The notes: a model not told the origin generated them from the letters alone. A stretch of 64,000 bases of DNA from Candidatus Brocadia pituitae (GCA_017347445.1 AP021856.1:750613-814612), one strand, 5' to 3'; counted from the first letter of the stretch, positions 40,582 to 49,898 are shown. Translations and numbers: made by a program.

Positions 40582-40752
40582 TTATATTTTTACCCCTGTC
40601 TTATATAAGGTATTCAGGATGTTCATGGCGAGCTCCGTTGCCTGGGCTTTTGACAGGAGCAATTCATAGTCATCGGTGTCATTTTCACCCTCCACAATAA
40701 GTTCGATACCCTCTGTCCTTGCAACAACGACAATTTTTTTCTTTTCGTCCAT
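40582..40752 (-). CDS. Unannotated 56-aa acidic protein
   Basis: MDEKKKIVVVARTEGIELIVEGENDTDDYELLLSKAQATELAMNILNTLYKTGVKI; GAAAGGA RBS; fills the gap between sdhB and LOG exactly. Confidence 0.7.
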   Translation of the reverse strand: MDEKKKIVVVARTEGIELIVEGENDTDDYELLLSKAQATELAMNILNTLYKTGVKI

Positions 40753-40768
40753 ACCGGTCATCCTTTCT

Positions 40769-41515
40769 TTAAAAACATTTTTGCTGAATTTTGTGCTTAA
40801 TAATTTCCATCTTTAAGTGGGCAATGGAGCCGCTCGGATTCAGGTCCTTCGGACAAACCTCCTGGCAGTTGAAAACCGTATGGCAGCGCCACACACCATG
40901 TTCGTCGTTTACCATTTCCAGACGCTCTTCCCGTGCGCCATCCCTGGTGTCAGACACGAAGCGATCCGCTGCAAGAAAAGCCATAGGGCCAAGGTATTTT
41001 TCGTGCGATGCCGTGATGGGACACGACGAATGACAGCAGGCACAGAGGATGCAATCGATCAGGATGTCCACTTTTGCCCTTTCATCGGGACTCTGCAACC
41101 GTTCCCCGCTTGCGGGAAATGGTTTGCCGGGCATCAGGTACGGCTTCATTTGTTCATACTTTTCCCAAAACAATTTCATGTCAACCACAAGGTCTTTTAC
41201 AATCGGCATATGGGCAAGGGGGCGAATGGTAATATGCCTTGTTTTGAGTTTCAGAACCGGGGTATTACAGGCAAGGCGATACTTTCCGTTAATATGCATG
41301 GCACAGGAACCGCAGATAGCCGCCCGGCATGAAGACCGAAACGCAAGAGAATCATCCAATCGCTGCTGGATATAGTAAAGCCCCTCCAGAACGGTCAGGT
41401 CTTTCCGGAGAAAAGGGACTTCAAATTCCTGAAAGGACGGTTCCTTGTCTTGATCCGGATGAAACCGGAAAATTTTGAACAACACCGTTTCTTTTTTTTG
41501 CATGCGATTACTCAA
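40769..41515 (-). CDS. sdhB: Succinate dehydrogenase/fumarate reductase iron-sulfur subunit
   Basis: SCRAAICGSC...C, CILCACCHSSC, CHTVFNCQEVCP. Confidence 0.95.
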   Translation of the reverse strand: MSNRMQKKETVLFKIFRFHPDQDKEPSFQEFEVPFLRKDLTVLEGLYYIQQRLDDSLAFRSSCRAAICGSCAMHINGKYRLACNTPVLKLKTRHITIRPLAHMPIVKDLVVDMKLFWEKYEQMKPYLMPGKPFPASGERLQSPDERAKVDILIDCILCACCHSSCPITASHEKYLGPMAFLAADRFVSDTRDGAREERLEMVNDEHGVWRCHTVFNCQEVCPKDLNPSGSIAHLKMEIIKHKIQQKCF

Positions 41516-42848
41516 ACAAGGCGTTTACAAAGGCGTCGGGGTCAAATTTTTCTATATCATCCGCTTTTTCACCGAGTCCGACATATTTCACAGGGATGTT
41601 TATTTCATTCCGCATCCCCAGCACAAAACCGCCTTTTGCCGTGCCGTCCAGCTTTGCCAGGAATATCCCGGTAACGTCCACTGCCTGCTTAAACGTCTTT
41701 GCCTGGGAAAGGGCATTTTGCCCTGTGGTGGCATCGAGCACCATAAGCACCTCGTGAGGGGCGCCGGGAATCCTTTTGGAAATAACCCGTTTCATCTTGC
41801 CCAGCTCGTTCATGAGGTTTTCATGGGTATGGAGCCGTCCCGCCGTATCGATAATTACCACATCGATGCCTCTTGCGATGCTTGCCTCCAGGGCATCGTA
41901 TGCCACAGCAGCCGGATCAGAACCGGTTTGATGTTTTACAATATCCGCCCCGATGCGTTTACTCCAGATGTCAAGTTGTTCCACTGCAGCCGCCCGAAAG
42001 GTATCGCTTGCAGCGACCATGACCTTTTTGCCATCCCGAATAAAGGTGTTTGCAAGTTTTGCGATGGCCGTTGTCTTGCCCACGCCGTTTACCCCTACAA
42101 CCATAATGACCGTTGGGAGAGCTGAGGAGTAATTGATGCCGGTTTGAAGAGACCGCAAGCTTTCTTTGAGTTTGTCTTTAATAAAATCATGTATCTGAGA
42201 GGTTTCCGTTATTGTCTTTGCTTTCCATGCCTCACGTAACTCGTCCACCAATTTTTGAACGGACTTTGCGCCAATGTCTGCTCCAATCAGGATGTCCTCT
42301 AATTCTTCAAGGACGGATTCATCGATCTTTTTTCTGAAGGAAAAGAGGCCTTTTAAACGGGACCAGAAACGGATACGGGTTTTCTCCAGACCCCTTTTGA
42401 GCTTTTCTGTTGTTACGGGAATTTCTTCTCTTATTACAACCGGCTCTTCACCCAGGACGATCTCCGGCAACGGAGCAACCAATTCTTCGGGAGTCAGCAA
42501 GGTCTGGCTTTCCGCTTCACCTTTGTCAATCGGCGCTTCTACAACAACTGCGGTCAATTCTTCCGTGGTTGCGGAGATATCCTTTTCGGCAACCGCGGTT
42601 TCTTCCTCTGTCGTAATGAGTACCAGCCTTATCGTGTCACCTTCCACCATGACCTTTTTTGGCGGCTCAAAGGTAAACGTCTTGAACCTGGTCCAGAAAC
42701 TACGCCGGGGTTTTCCTGAATCATTCCTCTGTTTTTGCAAGGAATCCGGCGATTGCTTTTCTCTGATTCCCTGCGTAATAATCGTTTTTGGTGTTTCTCT
42801 CTTTTTATCTCCAGCGGTATTTTTTTCGTTTTGTGATGGGCGTTCCAT
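41508..42848 (-). CDS. ftsY: Signal recognition particle receptor
   Basis: Acidic N-terminal domain, GVNGVGKTT, DTFRAAA, DTAGR, TKLD-like AKLDGTAKGG. Confidence 0.97.
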   Translation of the reverse strand: MERPSQNEKNTAGDKKRETPKTIITQGIREKQSPDSLQKQRNDSGKPRRSFWTRFKTFTFEPPKKVMVEGDTIRLVLITTEEETAVAEKDISATTEELTAVVVEAPIDKGEAESQTLLTPEELVAPLPEIVLGEEPVVIREEIPVTTEKLKRGLEKTRIRFWSRLKGLFSFRKKIDESVLEELEDILIGADIGAKSVQKLVDELREAWKAKTITETSQIHDFIKDKLKESLRSLQTGINYSSALPTVIMVVGVNGVGKTTAIAKLANTFIRDGKKVMVAASDTFRAAAVEQLDIWSKRIGADIVKHQTGSDPAAVAYDALEASIARGIDVVIIDTAGRLHTHENLMNELGKMKRVISKRIPGAPHEVLMVLDATTGQNALSQAKTFKQAVDVTGIFLAKLDGTAKGGFVLGMRNEINIPVKYVGLGEKADDIEKFDPDAFVNALFE

Positions 42849-42872
42849 CAGGGTATTACCTCCATGGTGTTT

Positions 42873-44156
42873 TTAGCGGGAAGGGCATCTTTGTTTCAGT
42901 TTGTCAACGAGGTCGCCTGGTATGGTGACTTTGGCAATGGGGCAGTCCAGCCTTCTTTCACCGTGAAAATCCGAGCCACCGGTTACTGCAAGATTATACT
43001 TCTTTGCAAGCTTCAGGTACTTTTTGACAGCTTGCGGGGTATGCGTAGGATAATATACCTCGATCCCCTGTAATCCGCATTTTACCAAATCTTCGATAAT
43101 ATGGTCTCTCTGCGTGAGTCCCGGATGGGCCAGCGCCGCCACACCCCCCGCATCTCTGATCAGTTCAATGGCCTGTTGTGACGTCAAGGTTTTTTTAGGA
43201 ACATATGCTGGCTTATTATCTCCTATGTATTTTGAAAATGATTCTAAAATCGTATCGCAATAACCGCGCTTCCAGAGTATTTCCGCCACATGCATGCGCC
43301 CCGGTGATCCTTGGCCGGCAAGGGTAAAGATTTCCTGCGCATCAACATCAACGTGGAGCGTATGCAACTTGTCAACCATGTCGTGAATACGATTCACACG
43401 ATCATTGCGGGATTGTTGTATCATTTGTTGCAAAGATATATTATTCACATCGATAAAATATCCCAGGATATGGACCTCAGAGGGGCTGAGGTATGACGAA
43501 AATTCTATACCCGGTATAATATGGATATTTTTGCCCTGCCCGTAGCGGCAGGCAATAACGAGCCCGTCAACGGTATCATGATCCGTAATCGCAATTGTAG
43601 AGACGCCGCAGCGGAGGGCGTCATCGACAACTTCCTCCGGTGTCATGGTGCCATCTGAATAGGTGGTATGGATATGGAGGTCTGCATCTCCGTAATGAAT
43701 CTCTGGCGCGTCCTGAAGCGCAGTCTGGCAGGTATTCCCATTCAAATTTCCATTTCCAAATTGGGAGTAAATTTTATCTAAAATCCCGTTCACAAATGTT
43801 CCGGAGTTTTTTGTGCTGAATTTTTTGGCTAATTCTATGGCCTCGTTAATCGATACCTTGGGGGGAATATCGTTTCGATACAATAGTTCGTAAACTCCCA
43901 AACGGAGGATATTTTTATCGATAATGGCCATGCGTCGCAATTCCCAATGTTCCGTGATTCCCGATATCTTTTCATCGATTTCTTTCATGTGTACCCGGCA
44001 ACCGTTGGTAAGCGCTATGGCGAACTGATACACGTCGGGGTTTTTCGTGCTTTTCTTGCAGAAACTCTCTATATCATTAAGGATTTCATCCCCACGCAGA
44101 TCAAGCTGATAAAGGGCTTGAAGGGCAAGCTCGCGGGCAATTGTTCTGTTGCGCAT
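42873..44156 (-). CDS. nusB: NusB fused to a PHP (TrpH/YciV-like) phosphoesterase domain
   Basis: Residues 1-135 are NusB (ARELALQALYQ, INEAIELAKKFST, FVNGILD). C-terminal domain has HIHTTYSDG, ITDHD, GIEFS, HILGY, GRMH, AHPG, GGSDFHG. No stop between the two. Confidence 0.93.
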   Translation of the reverse strand: MRNRTIARELALQALYQLDLRGDEILNDIESFCKKSTKNPDVYQFAIALTNGCRVHMKEIDEKISGITEHWELRRMAIIDKNILRLGVYELLYRNDIPPKVSINEAIELAKKFSTKNSGTFVNGILDKIYSQFGNGNLNGNTCQTALQDAPEIHYGDADLHIHTTYSDGTMTPEEVVDDALRCGVSTIAITDHDTVDGLVIACRYGQGKNIHIIPGIEFSSYLSPSEVHILGYFIDVNNISLQQMIQQSRNDRVNRIHDMVDKLHTLHVDVDAQEIFTLAGQGSPGRMHVAEILWKRGYCDTILESFSKYIGDNKPAYVPKKTLTSQQAIELIRDAGGVAALAHPGLTQRDHIIEDLVKCGLQGIEVYYPTHTPQAVKKYLKLAKKYNLAVTGGSDFHGERRLDCPIAKVTIPGDLVDKLKQRCPSR

Positions 44157-44238
44157 GGGCTACCGTTATTATTGTAAAAGTCAGAAATAAGGAGTCACAC
44201 AGGAGATCCGCTGAAATGAAAGAAAACAGAAGGGATCA

Positions 44239-44730
44239 TCATTTTTCTGCTGCTGTTACGCCGGTTTGTATCTGATCAATGAGATTTGCCATTTCTATCG
44301 CCGATAAGGCAGCTTCTGCCCCTTTATTTCCTGTCTTTGCGCCAGCGCGGTTAATGGCCTGTTCCAGGGTTTCTGTCGTTATGACGCCATAAATGGTTGG
44401 CACGCCGGTAGATATTCCCACGTGTGCAATACCCTTCGCGGATTCATTTGCGACATAATCAAAATGAGGAGTTTCTCCGCGAAGAATGGCTCCCAAACAA
44501 ATCAATGCATGATACTTACGTGTCTCTGCTGCCTTCAGTGCCGCAATGGGTATTTCACATGCGCCCGGTACCCAAAAAATATCAATATCTTTCTCATGTA
44601 CGCCATGCCTGACAAGCCCATCAAGTGCACCATCCAGCAAACGCCGGGTGATAAAGTTATTGTAACGGCTAATAATGATCCCAAAAACCTTTCCCGCACC
44701 AAGTAAATTCCCCTGAAATTCCTTAACCAT
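44239..44730 (-). CDS. ribH: 6,7-dimethyl-8-ribityllumazine synthase
   Basis: [38 protein letters not shown]; conserved ribH-nusB synteny. Confidence 0.97.
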   Translation of the reverse strand: MVKEFQGNLLGAGKVFGIIISRYNNFITRRLLDGALDGLVRHGVHEKDIDIFWVPGACEIPIAALKAAETRKYHALICLGAILRGETPHFDYVANESAKGIAHVGISTGVPTIYGVITTETLEQAINRAGAKTGNKGAEAALSAIEMANLIDQIQTGVTAAEK

Positions 44731-45016
44731 ACCAAGTCCTTACCTTACGGTAAAATAGTAGTTATTATTTCCTGGGTAAAAGCTTCTTTTTCGTTCGCAT
44801 TTTTTCACACAATACACGGAGTGCTGCGTTACCCGGAGTATAGATACAATTATCCATTATTTTTGGTTGCTATAATAGCACATACCGGTAAATCTTGCAA
44901 GGCTTTTCCGTCGAATTGTTCCTTGTAATTTTAGAATTCTGCCTGTATCATACACCTTTTGTTTTCGTATTGCCGGGATAGACATTTCATATTGATCCAA
45001 TTAACAGGGGCATGAT

Positions 45017-46363
45017 GTGGAAGAAGCGAAGCCAGAAGACACAGTGTCTGAAATTGAAGGCTTAAGAATGCCGTTGGGAGCGCATCTTGAAGAGTTACGG
45101 AGACGGGTCGTATATTCTCTTATCTCAATTGTTCTCTGTTTTATCTTGTGCTGGTTTTTTAAAGTCCAGATACTGGATATGGCCAAAAGACCTCATAAAT
45201 TTGCCATGGAAAAGGTAGGCCTTTCAACAGAATTGCAGGTGCTGAGCTACCAGGAGGGCTTCTATGCGTATATGAAATTGTGCTTCATAACGTCGGTTTT
45301 TTTGGCCTATCCCTTTGTGATATACCAGATATGGCAATTTGTCAGCGCCGGCCTTTATAAAAAAGAGCAAAGGTACGTGCTATTGTTCCTCCCTGTCTCA
45401 TATGCAGCATTTGTGGTTGGCGGACTCTTTGGGTATTTTTTACTCATTCCCTTTGGTCTGCAATTTTTAATCGGCATCCTTGGTCCCGGTATTCAACCTA
45501 TCATCACGATGAAGGACTACGTCTCCTTCGTTTTCATGCTCACGGTTGCACTAGGTTTGGTGTTTCAGTTGCCGCTTGTTATGCTGCTTCTTTCGAAGAT
45601 CAGATTCATCACCCCTGATAAATTTATTGCATGGAGAAAGTACGCCATTCTGGTAATTTTTATTATTGCCGCTATTGTCACGCCGCCCGACCCTTTTACC
45701 CAGTCGATGACCGCTATTCCTATGATTGTCCTCTATGAGCTGGGAATACTCATCGCACGGCCCACAAAGAAGGGATTTTTCCTTTTAGGCACCATCGTTG
45801 GAGGGGGGATTCTGCTGTTGTTAATGTTTTATTTTTATTTTACCCACAAGGGAGGCGAAGTCAATCTGCTAGACACCCGGGGAGAGGTTCAATTTTTGCA
45901 TCCTGAAGGGCAGGAATGGGAAAAGGTGGCAAACCATACCCGTTTCCGGAACGGCGTTACCCTGAAAACCGGCAGTGAAGGGATGACCGCTCTCTCTACC
46001 AGAAAGGGTATTGATATAGGTATGGATGCAAATACCGAAGTGCATATTGTTGATTCTTTGAAGTTAAGGATGAAATCAGGCCAGATCCTCATTTCGGTAA
46101 AGGGGTTAAAAACACCACTGGAAATTGATACGCCAAATGGGCGGATTAGGACCGAACGGGGAACGTTAAATATTGTGGCAAAGGATTTTATTACCATTGT
46201 AACTGCGGTGAAGGGTGATGCCGTTCTGGTCACAGAGGGTGAAGAAAAAAAGTTACTGGAAGGACGTCAGCATAAGATGTCCATTGGCGGTGAGCCCGTT
46301 GACATTGGTGCTATTATTAATTGGTCTGAAGGCGTGATCAACAAATCAGCGGGTGGAGAATAA
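45017..46363 (+). CDS. tatC: TatC with an extra TM and a C-terminal FecR-like domain
   Basis: MPLGAHLEELRRR, YQIWQFVSAGLYKKE, FQLP, TPPDPFTQ, LYELGI; then a 7th TM and a FecR-like beta domain (LKTG...GQILISV...LEIDTPNG...TIVTAVKG). Confidence 0.93.
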   Translation: MEEAKPEDTVSEIEGLRMPLGAHLEELRRRVVYSLISIVLCFILCWFFKVQILDMAKRPHKFAMEKVGLSTELQVLSYQEGFYAYMKLCFITSVFLAYPFVIYQIWQFVSAGLYKKEQRYVLLFLPVSYAAFVVGGLFGYFLLIPFGLQFLIGILGPGIQPIITMKDYVSFVFMLTVALGLVFQLPLVMLLLSKIRFITPDKFIAWRKYAILVIFIIAAIVTPPDPFTQSMTAIPMIVLYELGILIARPTKKGFFLLGTIVGGGILLLLMFYFYFTHKGGEVNLLDTRGEVQFLHPEGQEWEKVANHTRFRNGVTLKTGSEGMTALSTRKGIDIGMDANTEVHIVDSLKLRMKSGQILISVKGLKTPLEIDTPNGRIRTERGTLNIVAKDFITIVTAVKGDAVLVTEGEEKKLLEGRQHKMSIGGEPVDIGAIINWSEGVINKSAGGE

Positions 46364-46402
46364 CTGTATTAATTAGTGTCATTGGATTATGTCTTGCAAA
46401 GT

Positions 46403-46448
46403 GTGACATGACACACTTGTGTGATGGCACATAAGTGTGCCATGTCAC
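46403..46448. promoter_or_regulatory. Compound palindrome: enhancer-binding-protein UAS or tatC terminator
   Basis: GTGACATGACACACTT-N14-AAGTGTGCCATGTCAC (15/16 match), built from TGTGNCA units, followed by a T-run. Confidence 0.55.
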
Positions 46449-46573
46449 GCTTTTTTCGTACGCTTTTAAAACGTTCATTCCCTCAAGTATTGCTCTTTAT
46501 ATAATTACAACTTCAATCTAAAAAAGGCCTTATATCACATATAGCATGAATAGCCCTTGTTTTTTCTTTTTCA

Positions 46574-46589
46574 TGGCATTTGTATTGCT
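46574..46589 (+). promoter_or_regulatory. Sigma-54 (-24/-12) promoter
   Basis: TGGCATTTGTATTGCT: GG-N10-GC with TGGCA and TTGCT consensus. Confidence 0.75.
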
Positions 46590-46616
46590 TTTTATCTTAA
46601 GTCAGCTACATGAATG

Positions 46617-46737
46617 CATCACGACAATGGTAAACCATGAGTGATCTTGGGGCGCAAGGAAAAGGGTCTTGTGGGCCGTTAAACAGCCTAAACTGTTCAA
46701 AACGGCTGAGATAAAGATAGCCTTACTCCCGAAGATG
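46617..46737 (+). ncRNA. c-di-GMP-I (GEMM-I) riboswitch aptamer
   Basis: P1 CATCACG/CGAAGATG, GGTAAACC, GTGA (GNRA) loop, GGGGCGCAAG, AGGGTCT...AGATAGCC, conserved C before the P1 3' strand; long P2 hairpin GCCGTT/AACGGC. Confidence 0.85.
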
Positions 46738-46774
46738 TGTTACAGAAAATCTTTGCAGTAAGGCTTTTGTTTTT
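46719..46774 (+). terminator. Riboswitch expression-platform intrinsic terminator
   Basis: AGCCTTACT (46719-46727) pairs with AGTAAGGCT (46757-46765), followed by TTTGTTTTT; the 5' arm overlaps the aptamer. Confidence 0.75.
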
Positions 46775-46789
46775 AAAGGATAAACGTAT

Positions 46790-48751
46790 ATGAATACTAT
46801 TTTCTCCTGCGTCTTCCGTACGAAGGACCATCTGTGCCGCATACTGCCCCTATTTTTATTCAGTCTCTCTGCCTTTGTGTCCCCTCTCCTTGCGGTATCA
46901 AACGATACGGAACCTGGCGTACATTTTGTTCGTGGCATTTTGCCCTCCCGGCAATATTTTGAAAACCATGAGATCCAGCGCTATGCTGTTGTGATTGGCA
47001 TATCGGATTATAAGGATCCGGGGATAGCCGATCTGGAATATGCGGACGCTGATGCCCAGGTATTTTATGATTTTCTTACCAGCCCGGCCGGTGGTGATTT
47101 CAAGAAAGAACACGTCTTGCTCCTGAAGAATGAGCAGGCAACCCTGAAAAACGTCACCCTTGCCATTACCAATTTTCTTAAAAAGACAAATGACCCTGAT
47201 TTTGTCGTCATCTTCATGGCATGTCATGGCGAGCCGGAACCTGACCGCCCCGGCAATCTCTATTTACTCATGCACGATTCTGAGCCCGGCAGCTTGTCTG
47301 CAACTGCTTATCACATGGAAGATGTCAATGCTGACATGAAACGATACATTTCGGCAAAGAGGCTTGTTTTATTTGCAGATGCCTGCCACAGTTCGGGGCT
47401 TGGCGAAGGTATCATGAATACCCGGGGAAGCACAAATACGATTCCTGCAGCGCTTTCCACACTCAAATCAACGAGGGAGGGATGGGGAATTGTAAGTGCA
47501 AGCAGGGCAAGGGAAGTTTCAAGGGAGTCACATCAGTTTGGTGGCGGTCATGGGGTATTTACTCACTACCTGCTGGAAGGTTTACAAGGAAAAGCCGATG
47601 CGGAAGGAAACAAAAATGGGATCGTTACCCTTACGGAGGCATTCGATTTTGTGGCTGAAAATGTGAAAAAGGCAACGCACAACGCACAGCATCCTGACCT
47701 ATCAGGAAATTTCGACAATAACCTTCCCCTGGGATTTCCCGGAGTAGAAACCGGCACCAAAGGAACTGCCCAAAAGACAGCTATGCCACCCTTAGGCGTT
47801 CTGAAAATTCATGGCATGCCCGAAGGGTCACGGGTATATATAAAAGGAAAAGAGGTCGGCGTCACCCCTCTGGACCTAAAACTCATGAGCGGGACATATC
47901 CTGTTAAGATAAAAACGAGAGGCCATCCCGATGTGTCGGAGACGGTATTTGTTAATCCCGATGAATTGACGGAGATCTGTGCTGAGCAACTCTTTGAGCG
48001 ATTCTATTTTGGGGCGGAATCCGGCACCTCCAGCGGCACCCATCTGGCCTATGCCGGGTCGGGCGGATACGCGCCGGATTACCTGGAATCGGATGATAAA
48101 ACGCATGATGTTGCACCAGCAAAAGCTATGTCCCCTGGCAGCGCTCCGACACCACAGGCAGAAACGGTGCACAAGCAGGCAGATTTGCAGAAAACAAAGG
48201 AAAACATCGATACACTCATAAAAGAACTAGAGATCATGGCAGAGAAACAAACCAGGGGAGAAAAACCCATGCCTGCTAAAAAACCGGGAGAAAAGAGACA
48301 TGAAACCGCAGACGTTCCACACTGCGTCCCTATATCTCTTAAGGAATTTAATGTAAAAATGGGCGCGTTATCAAACAGACATACCACGGAATTGCTCCGG
48401 CAAAGGATTATTGACGCCCTCTTGTCCCAAAACGGCTTACATGTGATGGAAAGGGATTTGGAATTGCAGGAGGCGATTTTACGGGAACAAAGGCTCGGTG
48501 GCTCTATGCTTGCCGATGAGCTGTATAGAATTGAGCTGGGAAAGATACAGGGAGCCCAATTCCTCTGTTTTGGAGAAGTATATCCGGGAAAAACGCCCGA
48601 TCAGCACATAGTAAGAATAGAATTGGTTGACACGGCAACAACGCTTATCGATACGCTTGAATGCGCCTTTCGGAGTGAAGAAGATCCGGGGGCCGTGGCA
48701 CGTGATATCGCCGCAAAGATGAAGGCAAAGATTGTCGCAAAAAGAAAATGA
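46790..48751 (+). CDS. Secreted caspase-like (C14, clan CD) peptidase + PEGA + CsgG-like domain
   Basis: Signal peptide; YAVVIGISDY, FMACHG (His), FADACHS (Cys); PEGA-like GSRVYIKGKEVGVTP; C-terminal VMERDLELQEAILREQRL...RIELVDTAT. Confidence 0.9.
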   Translation: MNTIFSCVFRTKDHLCRILPLFLFSLSAFVSPLLAVSNDTEPGVHFVRGILPSRQYFENHEIQRYAVVIGISDYKDPGIADLEYADADAQVFYDFLTSPAGGDFKKEHVLLLKNEQATLKNVTLAITNFLKKTNDPDFVVIFMACHGEPEPDRPGNLYLLMHDSEPGSLSATAYHMEDVNADMKRYISAKRLVLFADACHSSGLGEGIMNTRGSTNTIPAALSTLKSTREGWGIVSASRAREVSRESHQFGGGHGVFTHYLLEGLQGKADAEGNKNGIVTLTEAFDFVAENVKKATHNAQHPDLSGNFDNNLPLGFPGVETGTKGTAQKTAMPPLGVLKIHGMPEGSRVYIKGKEVGVTPLDLKLMSGTYPVKIKTRGHPDVSETVFVNPDELTEICAEQLFERFYFGAESGTSSGTHLAYAGSGGYAPDYLESDDKTHDVAPAKAMSPGSAPTPQAETVHKQADLQKTKENIDTLIKELEIMAEKQTRGEKPMPAKKPGEKRHETADVPHCVPISLKEFNVKMGALSNRHTTELLRQRIIDALLSQNGLHVMERDLELQEAILREQRLGGSMLADELYRIELGKIQGAQFLCFGEVYPGKTPDQHIVRIELVDTATTLIDTLECAFRSEEDPGAVARDIAAKMKAKIVAKRK

Positions 48752-48827
48752 CCAGAATTCCTCATTTTTACGAGAATTGATGCAAGTCAACCGTCCCGGT
48801 GGCATCATAACGCAACAAAGCTGATGG

Positions 48828-49898
48828 ATGGAGGTGAGCGGCATGAAGAGAAATAGCTTGCACGCAAAAATCAGATGCAATGCACTCATGGTGTTCCTGG
48901 TATCGCCTTTTATCAGCGGCGTTACCCTTTTTTCAGCCACTGCAAAGGATACGACGCCGCCTGTGGTACAGACGGACGTAACAACCGCAGTGATCTATGA
49001 TACAAACCTCTTCCTGAGTGGCGAGGCTCTCGATGAGAGCGGTGTTGCCCAGGTCTTCGTAAATGAATGTCCTCTGGAAATCCGCGCTGGAAGGCGCGTC
49101 TTTTCCAACCATTTACACATCCTTGATAAAGGGGAAAATATCATCACCGTGAAAGCCATTGATGCAAACGGAAACACCTCGGCACCTTCACCGGTGAAAA
49201 TTATCAGAAAGTCCTTCGCTCTGCCGGAGACAGGTTTCCGGTATGCCGTTGCCCTGCTTCCGGTAAAGACCTTTGCAGAACGGGAGATGCCCACAGAGGC
49301 CATCTCCTCCCTGCTCCTGAAGGCATTCAGTGAAGAACCGAAGAGGTTTCATTTTGTAGAGCGGGATCATGCAAGACTCGAAGAAATCCTCCGTGAGCAA
49401 AAAATTAGCGCTACCGGGCTTCTATCTTCCGATACCGCCATCAAGATCGGCAGGATCGTCGCCGCAGACGGGATATTCTTGGGAACGGTAGATGAAGATG
49501 CCGGCGGCATGGGCATTACCTTGCGTCTCGTGGATACCGAAACGGCCCGCATACGTGCAACTGCCAGGGTGCATACGGAAGATAAGAGCATAGAAAATCT
49601 CGAATGGCTTGTCTATGGTCTGTCTTTGAAGATAAAGCAGCAGCTTCCCATGATGCAGGGAAGCGTTATTCGTGTTTCTGACCGGGGTTTTTACGTCAAT
49701 GCAGGCTCTGCAAATGGCATAGAGGTGGGTATGAAATTATTACTCTTCCGTGAAATCCGGGAAGGGAATTTCGTTTTAAAAGAACCGCTTGATACGGTTG
49801 CACGGGTGGCGCGGGTTTTGCCCCATACTTCCTTTGTTGCCATCACCAGAGAAGGCAGTTCAAAAGTGAAAAAGGGAGACTTTGTCTTGCTAAAGTAA
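48828..49898 (+). CDS. Secreted Ig-like + CsgG-like + FlgT-C-like protein
   Basis: DTTPPVV Ig domain; FVERDHARLEEILREQK...AIKIGRIVAADG...LRLVDTET; VNAGSANGIEVGMKL tail. Confidence 0.8.
   Translation: MEVSGMKRNSLHAKIRCNALMVFLVSPFISGVTLFSATAKDTTPPVVQTDVTTAVIYDTNLFLSGEALDESGVAQVFVNECPLEIRAGRRVFSNHLHILDKGENIITVKAIDANGNTSAPSPVKIIRKSFALPETGFRYAVALLPVKTFAEREMPTEAISSLLLKAFSEEPKRFHFVERDHARLEEILREQKISATGLLSSDTAIKIGRIVAADGIFLGTVDEDAGGMGITLRLVDTETARIRATARVHTEDKSIENLEWLVYGLSLKIKQQLPMMQGSVIRVSDRGFYVNAGSANGIEVGMKLLLFREIREGNFVLKEPLDTVARVARVLPHTSFVAITREGSSKVKKGDFVLLK

Noticed and set aside
44740-45010. FMN riboswitch upstream of ribH
   Set aside because: None of the RFN conserved segments are present.
46790-48751. 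Gasdermin or TIR-type caspase defence system
   Set aside because: The protease has a signal peptide, its neighbours are envelope proteins, and no pore-forming or NLR-like partner is present.
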